Assembly: GCA_024275575.1 (NCBI GenBank)
Contig: JAJRYV010000085.1
Span: 65,490 to 129,489 of the forward strand
Source: a bacterium
GTDB taxonomy: Bacteria; Zhuqueibacterota; Zhuqueibacteria; Zhuqueibacterales; Geothermadaptataceae
DNA: 64,000 nucleotides
Direction of reading: 5' to 3'
Both the position numbers and the translations under genes were made by a program. Positions 58,101 through 64,000 of the stretch are shown piece by piece; position 1 is the first letter of the stretch, and each line of letters begins with the position of its first letter. A model generated the notes under the pieces. The model saw nothing but the letters and a program-made list of their open reading frames with translations, ran no database searches and was not told where the DNA came from.

Positions 58101-59937
58101 TGAAAATCTCACGACCAATGTCGATTTTCGCTGGACGCCGGTTGATAATGCACAAAATTACACATTGGAATATAGTTTTAGCAATCTTTTTAGCCCGGCC
58201 CTGCAGTTGCGCAATATTCCCGATACCACGTTCAGCGTCGATACTTTGCAGCACAACACGACTTACTACTGGCATGTGCGCGCGGTCAATTCGACGGGCA
58301 AGAGCGACTGGTCGGCAACCTATCACTTCACCACGATAAAAGCGCCGGACCCATTGGAATTACCGCAGCTCATTTCTCCGGTTGACGGCGCAGAAAACAT
58401 TTTCACCAACATCACCCTGCAATGGGCGCCTGTTCCCGGCGCCAACAGTTATTCGCTTGAAGTTTCGAACGACGAAAACTTTTCTCCGGCGATATTTTAC
58501 AATGCTATTGCGGATACCTTTAAACGAGTTTTTGAGCTCAATAATGCGACAACTTATTACTGGCGCATCTCGGCAGCCGATTCAACGCGGGCGAGTGACT
58601 GGTCGGAGCCGTTTCGATTTACCACCGTGCCCAATTATCCGCTTGCATTTGCAGTTGTGGAAACGCTGGCGATTCCGGCATTTATGCAGGATGCAAAACT
58701 AAAAACGAGTGATTATCGCATCATCGGTTTTCCCGGCAACGCGCAGGTTCCCATCGATTCGATCTTTACCGGTAAGCAGGACAGCAGTTGGAGCGTTTAC
58801 TGGGATAACGGCGCTCTGTCGAACTACCTGCAGCCCTTTGATTCAAGCGAATCTTTCCACCTGCAAACGGGGCGGGCATTCTGGGTTTTGCACAAAGGGC
58901 CCATCGTTTTGAACCGAAAAATGGCGACGGCAAAACTCGATTCTTCCGGTTTTGTCAACTTACCCGTGCATCTCGGCTGGAATTTGATCACCAATCCTTT
59001 CACCAGCGCCATCAGTTGGCAACTGGTACAGGAATACAATGAAATTTACCAACCGATTTGGGATTACGACGGTTCATTTCTCGAAGCAGATTCGTTGATT
59101 CCTTTTAAAGGATATTATTTTTTTAATATCAAAAACTTGCAGAATATCCGCATTCCCTATGATGCTTTATTCGAAATCGACAGCAGCACAGCGGGACAGC
59201 AATCGACGGCGATCAAAATCAGTTGGTGGAGCAAAAATCTTCAACCTGAGACGATTAAAGCCGGATTCCTGAGTCGGGCGAAAAAGGGCGTCGATCAATT
59301 CGATGCGGCAAAACCGCATGCACCCGATGGCGCCGCAGGGCTCTATTTTAAATATGCCAAGCGACAAAATCAGCAACAAAAGTTTGCCATCGACTACCGC
59401 CCGGGCACGGCGGCGCTGCAAAGATGGGAGATCATGCTGGAAACAAAAGGGGCGCAGCATGGGGCGCTGATAATTGATTACAAAAAAGAAAAACTTCATG
59501 CAAAGGGACTTTTTTTGCACGATCATCAATCCGGGAAAATAATCGAGCTCGATGAGCACAACGAGCTCCCTCAGAGGCTCAAATCATCTCTTTCGCGCTG
59601 GACTTTAATCGCGGCACAGCGGGAGGCGCTGACGGATTATCAAATCGAAACGATGAAAACCCCGTTGCAAATCGATCATCCGTCTCCCAACCCGTTCACA
59701 AAAAAAACACGCCTGCGCATTCTGAGTCAAAAAGATCAGCACGTGTCCATTTCGGTTTATAATATTTTGGGGAAACGGGTCACGGAACTCTTCAACGGCA
59801 AGATCAGCGCGGGTTGGCACGAAGTTTATTGGGCAGGTCAAAATCAGCATGGTGTGAAGGTGGGATCCGGCCTTTATTTTATCATCGCTGAATATGCCGG
59901 AAGCCGGATTTCGAAGAAGACTATTTTTCTCCACTAA
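55141..59937 (+). CDS. 1598-aa secreted multidomain protein: BNR/Asp-box beta-propeller region, DUF4397-like region, three FN3-like modules, unknown domain, T9SS C-terminal sorting domain
   Basis: Signal peptide. At least 8 Asp-box-like motifs (SLDGGQNW, STDGAQSW, SSNNGNAW, SKNNGIDW, SIDEGLTW, SINAGISW...). Three ~95-aa tandem modules, each with ..W.P...A.SY.L........YYW(R/H)(V/I)....S...DWS..(F/H)(H/R)FTT. C-terminus PSPNPF...GSGLYFIIAEY...KTIFLH. Confidence 0.85.
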   Translation: MKKSIVHFGLLVFFFSLTHLSATNWQKTSGPYHGVINRVFVDRVNPAILYAAMPFKILKTTTEGREWQTLLQSAKPIYIFAVAPGNQNIIYTNTQKSLDGGQNWLAIQPVPYSKIEFGQQTPDDIENKLAIHPNDANILFAALSSFGMYRSTDGAQSWNIIPGAPQGLVIFDAANSAQLFCAGNDSLYFSSNNGNAWTAMGAYPEATKYTPKKIIYQDGTLYILLASGVEGLQGQMIIRSKNNGIDWTILPFNISFSELLSSINSIAYGSGSLFAATNIGLYRSIDEGLTWSRFSGDYDDIAHVDLTNRLICGSKNFGVSVTRDLNNSWQNIGVENIASTEAAVISSPAGELFLQWRGAIYRLNEENNSWQSLIPPHSTIPVNGTVSVSKVDSTTLFTVYSHLFLKYKMDDKIWSIGGNFPETPGAKIAHGPDDELLFCLTENGNLYRSINAGISWDKLDTPIGETILDFHFSDKKNLYLLTDLNYYSSVNSGGSFQALRSGLPGVNLQSTEIWFERRQTDHLFLQVQDKIFQKKSAAALWEIFYPQSSLIFPQIAQRLIASPDSSGDYYSVIPRYFDGATYLAHYNQPSREWRPIATNLDSVSLHNFDFTTYAPYRLFHLNSKGEFWLGDVRSDPDTIDFTSARVQLSHNAADPLLDSLDIYLNNIKIADNIKFAQATPFVDLPAGTLIRLAAAPANSFSALDSLMSMMVTLDQQKKYLINLTGVLDTTKFALNPGYQNRALRFNFTGNAEENSLIADKLYFNFQNNISDAPAIDLIARNLAQLADSVSFTRSSEYILLTPDKYTFDLKPYDEDSTRLASFILDLRNFGGKAFTLSACGFLDPAKNKNGASIALRAVFPSGQIVEFERESGSAGSPAKVILANPANAAFNVSLRPTLFWRPTPKATSYHVQLDTHPSFTSIIFDAKGNVDTTVIVSGLAENQTYYWRVQAQNSEGMGLWSTVWHFTTTSSTAAPAAPALISPVNAVENLTTNVDFRWTPVDNAQNYTLEYSFSNLFSPALQLRNIPDTTFSVDTLQHNTTYYWHVRAVNSTGKSDWSATYHFTTIKAPDPLELPQLISPVDGAENIFTNITLQWAPVPGANSYSLEVSNDENFSPAIFYNAIADTFKRVFELNNATTYYWRISAADSTRASDWSEPFRFTTVPNYPLAFAVVETLAIPAFMQDAKLKTSDYRIIGFPGNAQVPIDSIFTGKQDSSWSVYWDNGALSNYLQPFDSSESFHLQTGRAFWVLHKGPIVLNRKMATAKLDSSGFVNLPVHLGWNLITNPFTSAISWQLVQEYNEIYQPIWDYDGSFLEADSLIPFKGYYFFNIKNLQNIRIPYDALFEIDSSTAGQQSTAIKISWWSKNLQPETIKAGFLSRAKKGVDQFDAAKPHAPDGAAGLYFKYAKRQNQQQKFAIDYRPGTAALQRWEIMLETKGAQHGALIIDYKKEKLHAKGLFLHDHQSGKIIELDEHNELPQRLKSSLSRWTLIAAQREALTDYQIETMKTPLQIDHPSPNPFTKKTRLRILSQKDQHVSISVYNILGKRVTELFNGKISAGWHEVYWAGQNQHGVKVGSGLYFIIAEYAGSRISKKTIFLH

Positions 59938-59941
59938 AAAA

Positions 59942-59970
59942 CCCTGACAAGGCTCAGAACCTTGTCAGGG
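59942..59970. terminator. bidirectional hairpin terminator between convergent genes
   Basis: CCCTGACAAGG-CTCAGAA-CCTTGTCAGGG, an 11-bp perfect stem. The A6 run on the plus side gives a U-tract for the minus-strand oxidoreductase gene. It lies 5 nt after the plus-gene stop. Confidence 0.7.
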
Positions 59971-59992
59971 TTGCACGCAGATAAATTCAATT

Positions 59993-61261
59993 TTACAATG
60001 AATTTTCCAGTCGATTCGGGGTGTGTTTTTTTGCCCAGGCCGGCAAGTCGCCATCAAATCCAGCTTTTTTTTGCCGCGCTCCAACTCTTGCCAAAATCTC
60101 AGAGACCTGTTGCGGCGAACATTTCTCACGCGATTCCAGTTGCCCGGCGACCAGTTTTGCGACTTCAATGCCGTGCTGCCGTGATTTTTTGATATTGCCC
60201 TGCCCGGTGACGGCATTGCCGATCAGATAAACATTTTCGTAACCTTCAACCTGCCCGGTCTGCCAATCGGCTACGGCATACATGCTGCCTTTTGCAGGAA
60301 TACCGTCGATGAGTTCAGGAATACTGCCGATGGAAGAAAGCACCTGTGCGGCGCGGATCTCATTGAACGCACCTTCAAGTGGAATAACCCGATTATTTTC
60401 GATTTTTGTCTTTTGAAAAACCAGCCCGGCAAGTCTGCCGTTTTCGATAACTTTATCCACCGGCATGTGGCATTCAACAAATTTAAAGAGAAATTTCTCC
60501 AGCAAATTATCGATCATGCGCCGGCGCACTTCACATGCTTTTTGAATTCGCTTCTCATCCGCATCTTCGGGAATCGGTGTAATGGGCATATTGATAGCCT
60601 GGCGGCGATAAACGAGTGTACATCCCTTCAAACCTAGATCGTCTTTGCGCAAATTATGATCGGCCAATATTTGTGCCGGCCCCTTTTTTTCAATGGTGAG
60701 CAAATCCATTTCGATCCCCTTTTTCGCTAACGCTTGCTGCACTGTCGACATCATGAGTGCTTTCGCCACATCGATGGAGGCCAGACCGCCGCCAACGATG
60801 AGCGTATCATCGACGATTTCACATTTCTGTCCGGTAAAATTCTCATCGTGCGCATGATTAAACCACTGAAAAAATTGATTTTGGTAATATAAACCGCGGC
60901 CGATGAAATCGTCGACACCCGGTATTGGCAAGGGACGGTCGCGCCAGGCGCCCGTTGCCAGCAAAATCGTGCTGAAACCCCAGTTTTGCACCAGGTCTTC
61001 GAATGTGACATCACGTCCCAATTTTGTCGCAGGGACAAAAAACACCTCGGGATGATTCAGTTTTTCGATGATTTTTTGTTCCTCTTTATCGCGCAACTTG
61101 ACATGCCACATGGGCAGGCCGTCTTCTATTTTGCCGAACGGCAACAGATTTTGTTCGAATACGACAGTTTTAATACCCTGTCGTGAAAGATGTTCCGCAG
61201 CTTCGGCGCCGGCGACTGCGCCGCCAAAAATCGCGACGACATGTTGAGCGTTTGAACTCAT
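59993..61261 (-). CDS. FAD/NAD(P)-binding oxidoreductase (GltD / adrenodoxin-reductase-like)
   Basis: N-terminal dinucleotide fold VAIFGGAVAGAEAA and a second fold LIVGGGLASIDVA. C-terminal LIGNAVTGQGNI. The exact substrate cannot be inferred. Confidence 0.7.
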   Translation of the reverse strand: MSSNAQHVVAIFGGAVAGAEAAEHLSRQGIKTVVFEQNLLPFGKIEDGLPMWHVKLRDKEEQKIIEKLNHPEVFFVPATKLGRDVTFEDLVQNWGFSTILLATGAWRDRPLPIPGVDDFIGRGLYYQNQFFQWFNHAHDENFTGQKCEIVDDTLIVGGGLASIDVAKALMMSTVQQALAKKGIEMDLLTIEKKGPAQILADHNLRKDDLGLKGCTLVYRRQAINMPITPIPEDADEKRIQKACEVRRRMIDNLLEKFLFKFVECHMPVDKVIENGRLAGLVFQKTKIENNRVIPLEGAFNEIRAAQVLSSIGSIPELIDGIPAKGSMYAVADWQTGQVEGYENVYLIGNAVTGQGNIKKSRQHGIEVAKLVAGQLESREKCSPQQVSEILARVGARQKKAGFDGDLPAWAKKHTPNRLENSL

Positions 61262-61360
61262 GATTTCTCCTCTATTTTTTGCCGCAAATCACATGGAACA
61301 GATGATAGCAGCTTCGATGAATGCAATTCCATATAAAACTTATAAGCGAGAGAGCGGGAA

Positions 61361-61873
61361 TTAAAATTTAATCAAGGCCTCGACAGTATAGTCAGATAAC
61401 CTTTCACGCCCCTGAAGAAATTCCAACTCAATGAGAAAAAGAATGAGAACGATTTGCCCACCCAATCTTTCGACGAGTTTTGTCGTTGCGACCATGGTGC
61501 CGCCGGTGGCAAGCAGATCATCGACGATGACCACGCGCCGGCCTTTTTCAATAGCATCGGTGTGAATTTCCAGCTGGTCAGCGCCGTATTCCAGCGCATA
61601 TTCCTCACTGATGGTTTCAGCAGGCAATTTCCCGGGTTTACGCACCGGCACAAATCCGGCTCCGAGCCGGTCGGCGAGCGGTGCGCCGAAAATAAATCCG
61701 CGAGATTCGGTGCCGATGATGATATCCACCTTGCCGGAAATACGTTTCGCCATTTCATCGAGGCAAAGCTTGAAAGCCACAGGGTCTTTTAAAAGCGTCG
61801 TGATGTCTTTAAACTGAATTCCGGTCTTGGGGAAGTCAGGTATAGTGCGAATGCTTGTTGATAAATCCGGCAA
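61361..61873 (-). CDS. apt: adenine phosphoribosyltransferase
   Basis: 170 aa. IPDFPK.GI.F.D and the PRPP motif VVIVDDLLATGGT. Confidence 0.93.
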   Translation of the reverse strand: MPDLSTSIRTIPDFPKTGIQFKDITTLLKDPVAFKLCLDEMAKRISGKVDIIIGTESRGFIFGAPLADRLGAGFVPVRKPGKLPAETISEEYALEYGADQLEIHTDAIEKGRRVVIVDDLLATGGTMVATTKLVERLGGQIVLILFLIELEFLQGRERLSDYTVEALIKF

Positions 61874-61884
61874 CTCAAACTCCT

Positions 61885-62157
61885 TTAATAAGTAATTTGA
61901 AAATCTTTATAGTCCGTCTCATCCTGCAAATCCTGCACCTCCATACGCTCGACTTGCGAAAATGCAGGCCCGCGCTTTATATCTGCGATGAAAGCCTGCA
62001 TGATTTCATCCGCTGCGACGGCCCGAATAAAAACCGAACCATCAGGAAGGTTGCAGACCTCACCGAGAATGCCGCGCCACCGCGCCTGCTGACGCACAAA
62101 ATAACGAAAACCGACGCCCTGCACGCGTCCGGATACAGTGATGGATTTTGCAATCAT
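61885..62157 (-). CDS. acyP: acylphosphatase
   Basis: 90 aa. VSGRVQGVGFRYF is the signature phosphate-binding loop. Confidence 0.88.
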   Translation of the reverse strand: MIAKSITVSGRVQGVGFRYFVRQQARWRGILGEVCNLPDGSVFIRAVAADEIMQAFIADIKRGPAFSQVERMEVQDLQDETDYKDFQITY

Positions 62158-62318
62158 TTTTTTTGTTTAATTTTTTTCAGCTGCTTATTCATGCGAGAAA
62201 TACAGGCTCAATGCTCAGCTTCCTTTAAAGAAATAGAAAGGCCGTTTAAAAAAGCAAACAGTTTTGACTTTTGATGAGTCTCCGCTCAGCCATATCCGCC
62301 TGGCGGAATTTTCTTCCC

Positions 62319-62416
62319 GCTTGTCAACCGTAGAATCCTGGCATCGATGCCGGGATTCCTTGATGAGCAGTGCGTGGGCTTAAATCCCTGATGGCATACT
62401 TGGCCTAAACGAGATA
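62319..62416 (+). repeat. intergenic repeat, R-family copy 2
   Basis: GCTTGTCAACCGTAGAATCC, near-perfect palindrome GAATCCTGGCATCGATGCCGGGATTC, GTGGGCTTAAATCCC, and the 3' box AAACGAGATACATTGACG (compare copy A at 51768-51784). Confidence 0.7.
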
Positions 62417-62465
62417 CATTGACGAAAATTCCGGTCGGCTTCCGCCGGATGATTTTTGTCTGAAT

Positions 62466-63776
62466 TCAGGGGGTCAACCGGTGCATCAACCGGGCAAACG
62501 GAATGGTTTCACGGACATGATGCAACCCACACAACCACGCGACGGTGCGTTCGACACCCAGGCCGAAACCGGCATGCGGCACCGAACCATAGCGGCGCAA
62601 ATCGAGGTACCAGTTGAACGCTTCTTGCGGCAGATCGTGCTCTTTAATTTTTGCCAGCAGCACATCGAGATCATCTTCGCGCTGGCCGCCGCCGATCACT
62701 TCGCCGTAACCTTCCGGCGCCAGCATATCAAATCCCAGCGCCCGGCTTTTGTCTTCCGGGTCTTCTTTCATGTAAAAAGCTTTCACCGCGCCGGGATAAC
62801 GGTGCACCATCACCGGGCGGTCGAACTGGCTCGAAATGACGGTTTCATCGAGGGCGCCAAAATCATCACCGTAAATAAATTCGGTGTTTTCTTTTTTGAG
62901 AATCTCCGCCGCTTCATCATAATGTAAACGTGGAAACGGCGCTTTAATACTTTCCAGTTTGGAGATATCGCGCTCGATGGTTTGCAGTTCGCGGCGGTTC
63001 TTTTCGAGCACGCACCTGGCGATGTAGGAGACAAAATTTTCCGCCAGTTCCATATCTCCGTCGAGGTCCATAAAAGCGACTTCCGGTTCCACCATCCAGA
63101 ATTCGGTGAGGTGGCGGCGGGTTTTTGATTTTTCAGCTCGAAAAGTGGGACCGAAACAATAAACTTTGCCAAATGCCATGGCACCGGCTTCCATATACAG
63201 TTGGCCGCTCTGGGTCAAATAAGCTTTATCTTCAAAATAATCCGTTTCGAAAAGCGTCGAAGTGCCCTCACAGGCTGCCGGTGTAAATATCGGCGCATCG
63301 ATGAGGGTGAAACCTTCACCGTCGAAGAAATCGCGTATCGCTTTGATGATCGTGTGGCGGATACGCAAAATGGCGTTTTGTTTTTTTGAGCGCAACCAGA
63401 GATGACGATGATCCATTAAAAATGTTGTGCCGTGCTCCTTTGGCGTAATCGGATACTCTTGTGATTTTGAAACCAGCTCAAAATTCTGCACGTGAATTTC
63501 AAATCCTCCGGGAGCGCGCTCATCGGCGTTCACTTTTCCGATTATTTTTATGGCTGATTCCTGTGTAATCTCGGCCGCGCTGTTGAAAATTTCCTCTCCC
63601 ACATCCCCTTTGCTCATGACACATTGCACGATCCCGGTGCCGTCGCGCAGCAGCAGGAATGCCAGCTTGCCTTTGCCGCGTTTGTTATAGAGCCAGCCAT
63701 AGAGAGAAACGACCTGGTTTGCATATTTCCCAAGGTCTTCGACATAGATTTTGTCTCGATTGATGTACTGCTTCAT
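62466..63776 (-). CDS. asnS: asparagine--tRNA ligase
   Basis: 436 aa. OB-fold N-terminus, class II motifs ([36 protein letters not shown]). Length is typical of AsnRS rather than AspRS. Confidence 0.9.
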   Translation of the reverse strand: MKQYINRDKIYVEDLGKYANQVVSLYGWLYNKRGKGKLAFLLLRDGTGIVQCVMSKGDVGEEIFNSAAEITQESAIKIIGKVNADERAPGGFEIHVQNFELVSKSQEYPITPKEHGTTFLMDHRHLWLRSKKQNAILRIRHTIIKAIRDFFDGEGFTLIDAPIFTPAACEGTSTLFETDYFEDKAYLTQSGQLYMEAGAMAFGKVYCFGPTFRAEKSKTRRHLTEFWMVEPEVAFMDLDGDMELAENFVSYIARCVLEKNRRELQTIERDISKLESIKAPFPRLHYDEAAEILKKENTEFIYGDDFGALDETVISSQFDRPVMVHRYPGAVKAFYMKEDPEDKSRALGFDMLAPEGYGEVIGGGQREDDLDVLLAKIKEHDLPQEAFNWYLDLRRYGSVPHAGFGLGVERTVAWLCGLHHVRETIPFARLMHRLTP

Positions 63777-63816
63777 CGTTCAGCCTCAAAATAATTCAAG
63801 ATGTCAGTTTTAATTG

Positions 63817-64000
63817 TTATTTTACAAATAAAATGGGAATTTCAGCGTGTTTAATCACTTCTTCAGTAGTGCTGCCCCAGAGTATTTCATAAATTCGGGA
63901 ATGGCCATAAGCGCCCATGATCACAAGATTTATCCGGCTATCTTTAGAATACTCGCATATTTTTTTTGCCGTTGAGCCGGAATCGAAAACACAACTGCAT
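63817..64000 (-). CDS. universal stress protein family, C-terminal fragment (gene starts beyond the window)
   Basis: Not in the ORF track. The reverse frame reads ...NLVIMGAYGHSRIYEILWGSTTEEVIKHAEIPILFVK, ending in TAA. This matches the UspA C-terminal G-2x-G-9x-G(S/T) ATP-binding region. Confidence 0.65.
   Translation of the reverse strand, partial: CSCVFDSGSTAKKICEYSKDSRINLVIMGAYGHSRIYEILWGSTTEEVIKHAEIPILFVK

Noticed and set aside
62355-62395. Hammerhead-like CUGAUGA strings inside the R-family repeats (CTTGATGAGCAG and CTGATGG in copy 2, CCGATGAGCAC in copy 3).
   Set aside because: Copy 3 has C at the conserved U4 position. I could not find a matching GAAA core, a cleavage-site helix or a consistent three-way junction. 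It is treated as part of the repeat consensus only.
1-64000. CRISPR arrays, IS elements, prophage genes, toxin-antitoxin pairs or known defence systems.
   Set aside because: Scanning intergenic regions and all ORF translations revealed no regularly spaced direct repeats. I also found no transposase, integrase or recombinase motifs, and no nuclease or ATPase pairs typical of defence islands.

Overview
Gene-dense chromosomal segment, mostly housekeeping genes, with long co-directional minus-strand runs and several overlapping stop/start junctions. At least four secreted proteins end in a type IX secretion (T9SS) C-terminal sorting domain, and a PorV/PorQ-like outer-membrane protein is present. 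This points to an FCB-superphylum bacterium (Bacteroidota, Ignavibacteria or Calditrichota-like); I cannot place it more precisely from sequence alone. Recognisable core genes: lnt (partial), ruvX, rel/spoT, dnaB, coaBC, rpoZ, gmk, yicC, mutS, nadK, xseAB, two HU/IHF genes, sppA, der, hutH-hutU, tRNA-Arg(CCT), a DAHP synthase, citrate synthase, a dipeptide epimerase, leuS, rsmE, apt, acyP, asnS and a partial usp. Accessory content: two hybrid sensor kinases plus one stand-alone receiver, a TonB-dependent receptor, three secreted zinc metalloproteases, a CRTAC1/FG-GAP protein and a 1598-aa BNR/FN3-like T9SS protein. I see no transposase, integrase, CRISPR array, restriction-modification genes or known defence genes. 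The features not explained by ordinary annotation are: (1) two related families of modular, hairpin-rich intergenic repeats at five loci, with two copies bracketing one gene; (2) that bracketed LPP20-like gene, whose signal peptide is cut off from its body by an in-frame TAG; (3) a GC-rich structured leader upstream of the TonB-dependent receptor, a possible riboswitch of uncertain class; (4) a 31-codon bS22-like ORF with a strong RBS that is missing from the ORF track; (5) a uracil-DNA-glycosylase-fold protein lacking the catalytic motif. I could not identify a convincing multi-gene novel system. The candidates below are hypotheses that need database or covariance checks I cannot run here.
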